Assembly: GCA_947462065.1 (NCBI GenBank)
Contig: CANHNO010000001.1
Location: 1-47,562 of the forward strand
Length of the DNA stretch: 47,562 nt
Source: Burkholderiales bacterium
GTDB lineage: Bacteria > Pseudomonadota > Gammaproteobacteria > Burkholderiales > Burkholderiaceae_C
Direction: 5' to 3'
Both the position numbers and the translations under genes were made by a program. Below the pieces are notes generated by a model. It searched no databases. It was not told the DNA's origin and saw nothing but the letters and a program-made list of their open reading frames with translations. Positions 19,643-28,336 of the stretch are shown here, in pieces; positions within the stretch are counted from its first letter, which is position 1; the number at the start of each line of letters is the position of its first letter.

Positions 19643-22001
19643 GTGACACCGCCGTCTGGTGCGTTTCGACCAGACGCACGGCCAACTCGGCTGGCAGCGT
19701 CACGACGGTCCTGAAGGTCACGAAGCCTTCGGCGTTCTCGCCGTCTTGCAGCTCCAGCGCCACCTGCCCACCCTCGCTTTCGACGAACGCCTTCACGGCG
19801 TCCAGGCCGACGCCACGCCCGGAGACTTCCGTCACCTGCTCTGCGGTGGAGAAGCCAGGGCGGAAGATCAACGAAGCCACCGACTGGGGGGACAGCGATT
19901 CGCCAGCGCTCACCAGGCCTGCCGCCTCCGCCTTGTCGCGGATGCGCTTGAGGTTGAGGCCGCGGCCATCGTCTTGCAGCACCAGGCGCAGACCTGCGAC
20001 GTCCAGTGCCGCACTCAGCGTGAGGTGACCGGCGGCGGCCTTGCCCGCGGCCTGGCGTACTTCTGGCGTTTCGATGCCGTGATCCAGCGCATTGCGCAAG
20101 AGATGCATGTAGGTGTTGCGCAGGAGGCCGGCGACCTGGCTGCGAACGACCACGCCGTTGTCATTGATGGTGACCACTGGCTGGACCTTACCCAACTCGC
20201 GCGCCAGCGGCGGCAACGAGTTCAGCACGCCCGACAGCGCGTCCTCGATGCGCTCGGTACCGATGCGCTTGACCGTCTGCCGTGCCTCGATCACAGCGTT
20301 CTGCAGTGACTTGCCGTCATGCAGATCTGCCTGATCCAGCGTCTGGATGAGACGCTGCACCTGCTCCCTGGCAACCATGAAGAACTTGTCGACGCTGCCT
20401 CGGCGACCCGGACCGCTCCGACCCAGCTTCTCCTGATTGAGCGTGTCGTACTCGGTGACGACGACGCGCGCTTCGTTCAGTTCGGTGTTCAGGCGCTCTT
20501 TGTCCCACTCGGCTGTGCCCTTGCGCAGTGCGTCGTAGGTTTCCTCGATGCGGTGCACCACATCAGCCAACTGCAGCAGGCCATGCGTGCGTGCATTGCC
20601 CTTCACGGTGTGCATGTTGCGGAACAGCAGGCCCACCACATCGCTGCGTGATGCATCGTCGGCGGCTGCCGCACCCCGGGAAATCAGGCTGGCGTTCTGC
20701 TCGACGAACTGGACCGCGCCGTCGATGAAGGTCTGGAATTTCTCCTGAGGCACGGCGAGGATTTCGCCGATCAGGGCCAGTTCGCGGCGTCCGGCCTCGG
20801 CGGCGCGCGCCAGGGCTCGCAATTCGGTGACATCGCGCAGGCACAACAGCAATCGTGTGACGTTGCCGGCTCCGTCGGTCATCGGCGCCCAGTGCAGGTC
20901 AAGCACCTTCACCGCGCCGCTGGGCAGGGTCTTCTCGATCTCGGTGGGCAGCAGGTGCGAGTTGAACTCGAAGTTCATCTCGTCCTCGCCGATGCATGCG
21001 GCGATGGACGCGTCGGCCTGAGAAAGCGCATCGGCGCCCAGACCGCTGCTTTCGAAGAGGACGGCGTTGACGTTCTGGCCGGCAAAGCCGTCGGCCTCGA
21101 GGATGGACTTGAGCTGTTCCGAGTATTCAGGGTGGATGCGTCCGCCCGCCTCGATGGTCAGGATGCCCTGCGGGATCGAGTGCAGCATGGCGTGGATGTC
21201 TGCCGTCTTCTGCCGCACCTGCTCGGCACTCTCCTGGATCTTCTCGATCATCTTGTTGAAGGCCACAACGGAGCGACCGACCTCGTCCATGCGCTTGACC
21301 GGCAAGCGCTGGCTGAAGTCCTGGCTGGTCGCGATGGCGGTCATCTTGTTCTCCATGGCGCCGATGGGCAGCACCACCTGCCGGTACAGCAGAAAGCCCA
21401 GCAAGCCCAGACCCAGCGCGGCGCCGACGCTGACCATGGTCAGCGTGGTCTGCGTGTCCTCGAGCTTGGCGTTCAGTGACGCGATGGCGGTATCGCGGCT
21501 GCGGGTCTTTTCAACCTGGAGCGCGGTCATGGCCTCGCCCAACGTGCGCAGGTACTGGTCGACATTGGCGGCGAGCGTGACTTCGGCCAGCTCCTGCTGC
21601 CCTTCGAGCTTGAACTTGGCGGTCTCGTCGATGGCGGCGAAGTAGTTCTTCATGTCGTCCAGCGCAAACCGCACCAGCCCGCGCTGGGCTTCGTTGTCTG
21701 CCGAGGCCGACTGGGCCTCGAGTGCGCCTTGCAGTTCGGACTTGCGCTGGGAAAGCGCTTTATGACCCTCCTCGACGCTGGCGTTGTCGACGGCCGAAAC
21801 CATGCCGAGCGCCGTGATCTGCACGTCCTTCAGCTGGGTCATCAGGGAGATGGCCTTGGCGGAGCTGGGCACCACGCCCTCTGTGACCGATTTCACGTCG
21901 ATGGCGCCAGAGCGAGCCTGGAAAACGGCGAATCCTCCAACGAAGCCCAATGCCACGAAGGCCACGAGCACGAGAAAGATGATGCGTTGGCGAATATTCA
22001 C
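19635..22001 (-). CDS. membrane sensor kinase: periplasmic helical domain - HAMP - PAS-like - Hpt - CheA-type ATPase, no CheW-like domain
   Basis: Two TM segments flank a ~165-aa periplasmic helical domain. HAMP (PIGAMENKMTAIA...). PAS-like (SIPQGILTIEAGG). Hpt (LFRNMHTVKGNAR). CheA-type N, G1 and G2 boxes (LLRNALDHGIE, DDGRGL, SGRGVGLDAV). The protein ends about 40 aa after G2. Confidence 0.8.
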   Translation of the reverse strand: MNIRQRIIFLVLVAFVALGFVGGFAVFQARSGAIDVKSVTEGVVPSSAKAISLMTQLKDVQITALGMVSAVDNASVEEGHKALSQRKSELQGALEAQSASADNEAQRGLVRFALDDMKNYFAAIDETAKFKLEGQQELAEVTLAANVDQYLRTLGEAMTALQVEKTRSRDTAIASLNAKLEDTQTTLTMVSVGAALGLGLLGFLLYRQVVLPIGAMENKMTAIATSQDFSQRLPVKRMDEVGRSVVAFNKMIEKIQESAEQVRQKTADIHAMLHSIPQGILTIEAGGRIHPEYSEQLKSILEADGFAGQNVNAVLFESSGLGADALSQADASIAACIGEDEMNFEFNSHLLPTEIEKTLPSGAVKVLDLHWAPMTDGAGNVTRLLLCLRDVTELRALARAAEAGRRELALIGEILAVPQEKFQTFIDGAVQFVEQNASLISRGAAAADDASRSDVVGLLFRNMHTVKGNARTHGLLQLADVVHRIEETYDALRKGTAEWDKERLNTELNEARVVVTEYDTLNQEKLGRSGPGRRGSVDKFFMVAREQVQRLIQTLDQADLHDGKSLQNAVIEARQTVKRIGTERIEDALSGVLNSLPPLARELGKVQPVVTINDNGVVVRSQVAGLLRNTYMHLLRNALDHGIETPEVRQAAGKAAAGHLTLSAALDVAGLRLVLQDDGRGLNLKRIRDKAEAAGLVSAGESLSPQSVASLIFRPGFSTAEQVTEVSGRGVGLDAVKAFVESEGGQVALELQDGENAEGFVTFRTVVTLPAELAVRLVETHQTAVSHV

Positions 22002-22556
22002 TCAGTACTCCTTCAGTAAAAACAACGTACGTCCTGCGGCTACGGCAGAGTCGTCTGGTACCGCCATGCGGACTGCGATGAGCGCACACATCCGAACAGT
22101 GATCACGGCGACGTCTTGGCCAGGAATCGCTAAAGCGCCACTCTTTTCGACCGACGAGGCGGGGGCTTTAGAGCATCTGAGGTGATGTCACGAAAAATTC
22201 ATATTCGGGTGAAGGGCTCCCGTGTCGCGTACCGCTCGCGCCAGCCCGCATACCCTGTTCTGATGCGGTATCGAGCGAGATGTGACCAAAGGCGGTGGGG
22301 ACTCGCCCACGCTGCGTGAGTCAAGGCGTTGAATTCAAGGCGAATTCGACGATCAGCTGCTGCGTTTCAGCGCATTGAATTTGCGCGACATCCGGCTTCC
22401 ATCGCGCTGATTCGGGCCGCCGCGACCGGCCGACGCAACGGTCGGTTTCCTCGCCGTCAGGCGAGGACCTTCATGCCGGGCTCAGCCTTTGAATTGATCT
22501 GGGGTCGAGCCGGGTGACTGCCACCTGGCACGGGTTGCGCACTTGCGAGCGGTGCG

Positions 22557-23360
22557 CTATGGCCGCTGCAGCTCGAAGGAGCGCGCGTTGATGCGCTGAA
22601 ACTCACCGCGCTCGCCACTGAAATCCCAGCGTTCGATGTTGCAGCGGGTGGCCCCTGAGGTGTCGTGGCGGATCACGTTCACCGAGTTGGGTGCATCGCG
22701 GCGCAGCCGGCTCGACAGGGCGGTGCCGGCCTGCGCGATGACGATGCGGGCGCCGCTGGCGCCCGGGGGTGTCAGCTCGGCCACATAGGGCAGGTGGATG
22801 TGCCCGCCCAGCACGACATCGGCACCGGCCTCAGCCCACACCGACAGCGCGGCGTCTCGGCCGCGCAGCAGGTGTTTCGCCTCGGCGCCGCCTTCGACGT
22901 GCATCGGCTGGTGCACCACCACCACCCGCAATTGCTCGGGTCGCGCCTGGCGCAGCCGTGCGGCCACGCGCTGCACTTGCGCGGCGTTCACTTCGCCTTC
23001 GATGTGGCGCCACCAGCGCGTCGTCTTCACGCACTGCACCAGCAGCCCGGCGCTCTCGTGCACCGGCTCCAGTTCATCGCCGAAGGTGCCCCGATAGCCG
23101 GTGTAAGGCGCCAGCAGCCGCTTCAGCGGGTTCAGCACCGTGAGGTCGTGGTTGCCTGGGATGCTGACGAAGGGCAGGGCGAGGCGATCGATGAAGCGCC
23201 GCGCAGCAGCGAACTGGGCCGCCCGCGCGCGCTGCGTGATGTCGCCAGAGATCACCAGCAGTTGGGGCGAAAGCTGAGCTGCCAGCGCCGCCAGCGCTTC
23301 GACGACGGGCGGTTGCTCGGTGCCGAAGTGGGTGTCGGAGATGTGCAGCAGCGTGGTCAC
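22557..23360 (-). CDS. metallophosphoesterase
   Basis: Motifs ISDTHFG, SGDITQRA and PGNHD. A GTG start at 23360 gives a GTGA overlap with the upstream stop; the ATG at 23390 is an alternative. Confidence 0.8.
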   Translation of the reverse strand: MTTLLHISDTHFGTEQPPVVEALAALAAQLSPQLLVISGDITQRARAAQFAAARRFIDRLALPFVSIPGNHDLTVLNPLKRLLAPYTGYRGTFGDELEPVHESAGLLVQCVKTTRWWRHIEGEVNAAQVQRVAARLRQARPEQLRVVVVHQPMHVEGGAEAKHLLRGRDAALSVWAEAGADVVLGGHIHLPYVAELTPPGASGARIVIAQAGTALSSRLRRDAPNSVNVIRHDTSGATRCNIERWDFSGERGEFQRINARSFELQRP

Positions 23361-24280
23361 TGCGTCTGCTGGATGCCTGCAATGGCCCACTGTCCGCCCG
23401 CGCTCGGCTTGACCAGGTGCCAGACCTCATCGAAGGCCGCTACCGGGCCGTCAGCCTCCTCGCGGATCGTGCCGTGGTAGCGAACGCTGACCACCTGACG
23501 ATCCGACTCTTCGACCACATCGATCACCTCGGCGTCCACGTGGGTCACGTCGGTGCGCTGCTCGCTGTGCGGGCGCTCCTGCAGGTCGAGCTTGATCGCG
23601 GCATACATCTCCGGCGTGGTGAACTGCCGCAGGTCGTTCAGGTCGGCCGTGTCGTTGGCGGCCTGCATGCGGATGAAGGTGAGCTTCGCAATGCGCTCAA
23701 ACGCCTCCTGATCAAATCCGGCGGGCAGCAGGGTCGGGCGGGCGAGGGCCACTGCGTTCGCGGCCACAGGCGGCATGGCAGCAGCAGCGCTCCAGCCTGA
23801 ACCCGAGCCCGAGCCGCTCGCTGCGCCCGCGTTCTCGCCAGCGAATTGCAGGCCGTTGAAGCCAGGGGCGGTCTGTTTCGCCGGCGAGCCACGCATGCGG
23901 CTCATCACGAATCGGATCGCCACGAAAGCGACGATGCCCAACAGCAGCATCATGATCAGGTTGCCGAACTCAGCGCCCATGCCGAGGTGGCTCATCAGGG
24001 CGGCGATGCCCAGACCGGCTGCGAGGCCGGCGATCGGACCCATCCAAGAGCGCTTGGGTGCTGCCGCCGCCGCTGCGCCAGCGGTGGGCGCGGTGGTCGG
24101 GTTGGCCTGAGCGGGCTTGGCCGGGGTCGGCGTGGGGGCCGGGGCGGGCGTGCTGCGCGGCGGCATCTGGCGCTGCATGCCTGAAGAACCGCCGCTACCA
24201 AGACGCTTGGCATCGACGCTCAGGGGCGAGAAGCCCGCCGCCGACACCGCCACCGACAAAGCCAGGATCCAGGATTTCAT
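23357..24280 (-). CDS. Tim44-like domain membrane protein
   Basis: Signal/TM segment MKSWILALSVAVSAAG, Pro/Ala-rich linker, TM segment, and a C-terminal Tim44-like domain (FDQEAFERIAKLTFIRMQAA...WAIAGIQQ). Start at ATG 24280. Confidence 0.75.
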   Translation of the reverse strand: MKSWILALSVAVSAAGFSPLSVDAKRLGSGGSSGMQRQMPPRSTPAPAPTPTPAKPAQANPTTAPTAGAAAAAAPKRSWMGPIAGLAAGLGIAALMSHLGMGAEFGNLIMMLLLGIVAFVAIRFVMSRMRGSPAKQTAPGFNGLQFAGENAGAASGSGSGSGWSAAAAMPPVAANAVALARPTLLPAGFDQEAFERIAKLTFIRMQAANDTADLNDLRQFTTPEMYAAIKLDLQERPHSEQRTDVTHVDAEVIDVVEESDRQVVSVRYHGTIREEADGPVAAFDEVWHLVKPSAGGQWAIAGIQQTQ

Positions 24281-24490
24281 CAGTTTGTCCTTTTCATGCA
24301 GATGCCGCAGATGTGCGGGCTGAAACTGTCTGTGCAAGGTGCATTGTGCTTGGCGCCGGTGCGGCCCGTCCGGCGTGTGGTCGTATTGACCGAAAAATCG
24401 GAAAAAGCGCCCGATCACTCGCACAATGAGTCCATCTATCCCGGACGCCGCATCCTGCGGCCTCAGGCCTCGCTGGAGGAGCTGCGCTCG

Positions 24491-25924
24491 ATGACACACG
24501 CCTTGATCGTCGATGACGATGTGGGTTCGGCGTCCACCCTGAAGGCGCTGATCATGGCCGAGCACTGCACGGTCGCGGTGGTGCACAACCTGCGCGATGC
24601 CCGACGCCAGATCGCCCTGCAGCAACCCGAGCTGGTGCTGCTCGACCTGCAGCTGCCCGACGGCAACGGCATGGACCTGTTCGCCGAGCCCGAGTTGCTG
24701 GCCAATTCAGAGGTGGTGCTGATCACCGGCCACGCCTCGCTGGAGACCTCGATCCAGGCGCTGCGACTGGGTGCTGCTGACTACCTTGTGAAACCCATCA
24801 ACCTGCGTCAGCTGCAGGGTGTGCTGTCGCGGGTGACGAAGCCGGCGCTGCTCAAGGCCGAGGTCGAGACGCTGGCCGCGCAGGTGGCGCCGAGTGGCCA
24901 CTTCGGCGCGCTGTGGGGCCGCGCGCCGGCGATGCTGCGGCTCTATGAGCAGATCGCCCGGGTGGCGTTGACCAGCGTGACGGTGTTCATCACCGGCGAA
25001 AGCGGCAGCGGCAAGGAGGTCGTCGCGCAGACGGTGCACGACCTGAGCCGCCGCCGCAAGCAGCCGTTTCTGGCTGTCAATTGCGGTGCGATCTCGCCCA
25101 ACCTCATCGAAAGCGAGATCTTCGGCCACGAGAAAGGCAGCTTCACCGGTGCCGATCGCCAGCACCTGGGATTTTTCGAGCGTGCCAGCGGCGGCACGCT
25201 GTTCCTCGACGAGATCACCGAAATGCCGATGGAGCTGCAGGTCAAGCTGCTGCGCGTGCTGGAGACGGGCTGCTTCATGCGCGTGGGCTCGACACAGATG
25301 CAGGCGGCCGATGTGCGGGTGCTGGCCGCCACCAACCGCCGTCCCGAGCAAGCGGTCGCCACCGGCAAGCTGCGCGAAGACCTGCTGTACCGGCTGAATG
25401 TGTTCCCGATCGAGCTGCCGCCGCTGCGCGAGCGGCTCAGCGACGTCGGTCTGCTGGCGCAGCATTTCCTGAACGCTTTTGGCGTCCAGGAAGGGCAGGC
25501 CAAGCATTTCACTTCAGCCGCACTGGATCGGCTCCTGCAATATCGCTGGCCCGGCAATGTGCGCGAGCTGCGCAATGCGGTGCAGCGCGCCTATGTGATG
25601 GCTGCAGGCGATGTGATCGACCCGCAATGGTTGCCTCAGCCTTCGCCGCTGACCGAGCCGACTGTTGGCGCTCAGGTGGCGGCAATTCCGTCGGCCATCC
25701 GGCGAACTGCTTCGGCGTCCGACGACGCATTCGAGCAGGAGTCGGTCACGCTGTCCATCGGCACCTCGCTGGCGACGGCCGAGCGCACGCTGATCCTAGC
25801 CACGCTGCGCCACCACCACCACCAGAAGGAGCGCACGGCGGCGGCGCTGGGCATCAGCCTGAAGACGCTTTACAACCGTTTGAAGGAGTACGCCGCCGAC
25901 GGCCTGGACCATGCGGCGCATTGA
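24491..25924 (+). CDS. sigma-54-dependent response regulator (NtrC family: REC - AAA+ - Fis HTH)
   Basis: REC domain (IVDDD...[11 protein letters not shown]), Walker [15 protein letters not shown] loop, GGTLFLDEI, and a C-terminal [18 protein letters not shown]. Confidence 0.92.
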   Translation: MTHALIVDDDVGSASTLKALIMAEHCTVAVVHNLRDARRQIALQQPELVLLDLQLPDGNGMDLFAEPELLANSEVVLITGHASLETSIQALRLGAADYLVKPINLRQLQGVLSRVTKPALLKAEVETLAAQVAPSGHFGALWGRAPAMLRLYEQIARVALTSVTVFITGESGSGKEVVAQTVHDLSRRRKQPFLAVNCGAISPNLIESEIFGHEKGSFTGADRQHLGFFERASGGTLFLDEITEMPMELQVKLLRVLETGCFMRVGSTQMQAADVRVLAATNRRPEQAVATGKLREDLLYRLNVFPIELPPLRERLSDVGLLAQHFLNAFGVQEGQAKHFTSAALDRLLQYRWPGNVRELRNAVQRAYVMAAGDVIDPQWLPQPSPLTEPTVGAQVAAIPSAIRRTASASDDAFEQESVTLSIGTSLATAERTLILATLRHHHHQKERTAAALGISLKTLYNRLKEYAADGLDHAAH

Positions 25925-25959
25925 CGCCCACGTCGAGCCGAAGGCTCGCAGCTGTGACT

Positions 25960-26631
25960 TCAGCCTTTCAGCGCTGCCGTGCTTTCCCCCAGTGGAAGCC
26001 GACTGTGGCGGTCGGCCAGGATCAGCGGCGTCACCGCTTCCCAGCCAGTGCAGCTGCTGTGCGGCGTGCGAAGCGGCGAGCGGCGCCATTTGGTTTCGCG
26101 CCCGGTGTCCAGCAGCAGCGCGCGACAGCCCGCGCGGCGCCCGGCCTCGATGTCGTCGAGCGTGTCACCGACCATCCAGGATGCTGCCAGGTCGATTCGG
26201 TGGGCACGCGCCGCCCGGATCAGCATGCCGGGAGCCGGTGTGCGGCACAGGCAAGCGGGCTGGCCTCCGGCTGTCGGTGTGTGCGGGCACACCACGAAGT
26301 CGGTCAGCGTGATGCCTGCAGCCTCGCTCAGGTGACGCTCCAGCACTGCTTGCAACTGCGAGAACTCCCAGCGGGTGAAGCGCCCGAGCGACAGGCCGCT
26401 CTGGTTGGTCACCACGATCAAGGCCATTCCGGTCGCCGCCAGCGCGGCCAGCGAATCGCAGGCGCCGGTCCGAAAGCGCAGCTGCGTCGGGTCGGCGTTG
26501 GGTTGCAGAGGGTTGAGCAGGGCCCCGTCCTGGTCGATGAACACTGCTGCCCGTGCCGCAACGGGGCTGCGGGCAACCGTGGGGATGCTCGGGCGGGCGA
26601 TCATGTCGTGCGTGGAGGCGGTGCGTGGCAT
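25960..26631 (-). CDS. HAD-IIIA family phosphatase (GmhB-like)
   Basis: Motifs FIDQDGAL, VVTNQSG and MVGDTLDDIEAG. The start is uncertain (26631 or 26604). Confidence 0.7.
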   Translation of the reverse strand: MPRTASTHDMIARPSIPTVARSPVAARAAVFIDQDGALLNPLQPNADPTQLRFRTGACDSLAALAATGMALIVVTNQSGLSLGRFTRWEFSQLQAVLERHLSEAAGITLTDFVVCPHTPTAGGQPACLCRTPAPGMLIRAARAHRIDLAASWMVGDTLDDIEAGRRAGCRALLLDTGRETKWRRSPLRTPHSSCTGWEAVTPLILADRHSRLPLGESTAALKG

Positions 26632-26742
26632 GAGGCCGTCGTGGCAATCGGCGTACCGGCTGCGTCAAGTGCCGCAGGGCGTCGCGGCAGGAGCGCCGAT
26701 TGCCACGCTGCAAGCCTTCTCCTGCTGCGCGTCCGGCCTTTG

Positions 26743-27411
26743 ATGCCTAACCCCCACCTTCTGCATGCCTTGGCGAAGCATGTGCGATACCGGCTGATGG
26801 CTGCTGGCCTCGCACTGATCGCTGCATCGGCCACCGCTGAACCGGTGGTGGCGCTGACCAGCGATGCGCGCGAGCTGGTCGGCCACGTCAGGCAATCGAG
26901 CGACCACCACGATGCGCCCTTTCTGGTGCTCGACAAGCGAGCCGCCCGCCTCTGGGTGTTTGATGCGCAGGCGCGGCTGCTCGGCAGCGCGCCGGTGCTG
27001 CTGGGCCTGGCCGTGGGCGACGACACCGTGCCCGGCGTGGCCGAACTGCCGCTGTCTGAGATCGTTGATGCCGCGCGAACCACACCCGCGGGCCGATTCG
27101 TCATCGAGCCTGGGCGTAATCTGCATGGCGATGACATCCTGTGGATCGACTACGCGACGGCCGTGTCGATGCACCGTGTGCGCTCGGTGAACGCAGGCGA
27201 ACGCCGCCTGGCCCGGCTGGCCTCGCCCCGCGCGGCCGACAGACGCATTTCCTACGGCTGCATCAATGTGCCGGTGGCCTTCTTCAACCGCGTGCTGATG
27301 CCTTTTTTCGCCGAGTCCCGCGCCATCGCCTATGTGCTGCCGGAGACGCGGCCGATGGCCGCGGTCTTCCCATTCATGGCGGCGCCGTTCCCGATCGCCG
27401 AGTCGCGCTGA
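26743..27411 (+). CDS. L,D-transpeptidase-like (YkuD fold) exported protein
   Basis: 222 aa with a signal-like segment RLMAAGLALIAASATA and a catalytic-type RISYGCINV. Only the last 222 codons of the 776-aa track ORF are credible. Confidence 0.65.
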   Translation: MPNPHLLHALAKHVRYRLMAAGLALIAASATAEPVVALTSDARELVGHVRQSSDHHDAPFLVLDKRAARLWVFDAQARLLGSAPVLLGLAVGDDTVPGVAELPLSEIVDAARTTPAGRFVIEPGRNLHGDDILWIDYATAVSMHRVRSVNAGERRLARLASPRAADRRISYGCINVPVAFFNRVLMPFFAESRAIAYVLPETRPMAAVFPFMAAPFPIAESR

Positions 27412-27463
27412 ACCGTTGGGCGCGCCTGCGCGTTGCGGGCCGGCTCGCCAGCGGCGAAGAGGC

Positions 27464-27490
27464 GCCTTGCGGCGACCTTCGCCGCAAGGC
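27464..27490. terminator. hairpin between convergent genes
   Basis: GCCTTGCGGCGA-cct-TCGCCGCAAGGC, a perfect 12-bp stem directly after the minus-strand stop at 27491. No clear U-tract. Confidence 0.45.
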
Positions 27491-27907
27491 TCAACCGCGG
27501 TCGCGACGTGCCGGGCGGGCCATGGGCACCGGTGCTGCCATGGGGGCAGGTGTTGCCATCGGCACCGGTGTTGCCATCGGCGCGGGTGTCGCCATGCGCT
27601 CGGTCTTCATGTCGGCAGAAGGCATTGCGGTGGTCGACGGGCTGCCATTGACCATCGAATCCGATGCCGGGGTCGGGTTGCGCATCGTGCGGCTCGACCC
27701 TGTGCCGGTTCCGGGTGTCTGTTCGCCATGGGCCGAGTTCGGCTCCCCATCGATCGGCCGGACCTGAAGCGGGTTCGGGCTCGTGGTGGAGTTCATCCTG
27801 CCTGGCACCGATGGCGCCGTGTCGTCACCGCTTTGTGCGCCGGCCAGGCCTGCGGCCACGAGCAGCGCCGCGGCAATGGCTGCCTTGTGATGGATGGGTT
27901 GATGCAT
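27491..27907 (-). CDS. exported Met/Pro-rich repeat protein
   Basis: 138 aa with a signal peptide MHQPIHHKAAIAAALLVAAGLAGA. The C-terminus is MATPAPMATPVPMATPAPMAAPVPMA. GGAG RBS. Confidence 0.6.
   Translation of the reverse strand: MHQPIHHKAAIAAALLVAAGLAGAQSGDDTAPSVPGRMNSTTSPNPLQVRPIDGEPNSAHGEQTPGTGTGSSRTMRNPTPASDSMVNGSPSTTAMPSADMKTERMATPAPMATPVPMATPAPMAAPVPMARPARRDRG
27521..27592. repeat. 4 x 18-bp tandem repeat inside the CDS
   Basis: Units catgggcaccggtgctgc, catgggggcaggtgttgc, catcggcaccggtgttgc, catcggcgcgggtgtcgc. They encode M-A-[TA]-P-[AV]-P hexapeptides on the minus strand. Confidence 0.85.
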
Positions 27908-27986
27908 GAGGGTGTCTCCAAATGGTTGAACGCGTCGCGCGTCGCCGCCGGAATGTGGCGGCGTGCAACGTCGTACACACATGGCG

Positions 27987-28001
27987 GCAAGCGATGTTCC
28001 C
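27987..28001 (-). promoter_or_regulatory. sigma-54-like -24/-12 element (weak -24)
   Basis: Minus-strand reading GGGAACA-tcgc-TTGC. GG-N10-GC spacing is correct. It lies 80 nt upstream of ATG 27907. Confidence 0.3.
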
Positions 28002-28017
28002 GCCGCCCGAAGCGAGG

Positions 28018-28032
28018 GGGAACACCGCTTGC
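28018..28032 (+). promoter_or_regulatory. sigma-54-like -24/-12 element (weak -24)
   Basis: GGGAACA-ccgc-TTGC, the mirror copy of the 27987-28001 element. It lies 53 nt upstream of ATG 28085. Confidence 0.3.
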
Positions 28033-28084
28033 CGTCCCAGACTGAAGGGCGACACTGCCAGCTCGCCCGAGAAGAAAGCAGGCC

Positions 28085-28276
28085 ATGAATACCCCGACTC
28101 CATCCGACGCTGCCGACCCTGCGGTGCCGACAGACGCATCCAGCCAGGATCAGACGATCCGATGGCACGCTGGAACGCTCGCAGATGACGACCTGACTGT
28201 TCTTGAAGGCGATGATCCAGACGCTGGATTTGTCTTTCTCGATCCCAAGGCATCCAGCCCGAGCGAGGGTAGCTAG
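28085..28276 (+). CDS. hypothetical acidic 63-aa protein (doubtful)
   Basis: ORF with only moderate GC3 bias and no clear RBS. Supported only by the promoter-like element upstream. Confidence 0.3.
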   Translation: MNTPTPSDAADPAVPTDASSQDQTIRWHAGTLADDDLTVLEGDDPDAGFVFLDPKASSPSEGS

Positions 28277-28316
28277 GCGGTGTAGCCAGCCAGGCGACAG
28301 TGCCGGCGCCCCATTG

Positions 28317-28333
28317 CCGTGCCGGGGGCACGG
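28317..28333. terminator. hairpin after the hybrid kinase stop
   Basis: CCGTGCC-ggg-GGCACGG, immediately downstream of the minus-strand stop at 28337. Confidence 0.35.
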
Positions 28334-28336
28334 AGT

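Noticed and set aside
22526-22540. TGGCACGggttgcGC, a perfect -24 element with GG-N10-GC spacing on the plus strand
   Set aside because: It points into the 3' end of the convergent metallophosphoesterase gene and has no plus-strand ORF downstream. The -12 region lacks TTGC. It is more likely chance, or part of a terminator hairpin (GCGCAC...GTGCGC).
25081-27411. 776-aa ORF on the plus strand
   Set aside because: Most of it runs antisense to, or out of frame with, the NtrC-type activator and the HAD phosphatase and is Arg/Ala/Pro-rich GC artefact. Only the last 222 codons (26743-27411) look like a real L,D-transpeptidase-like gene.
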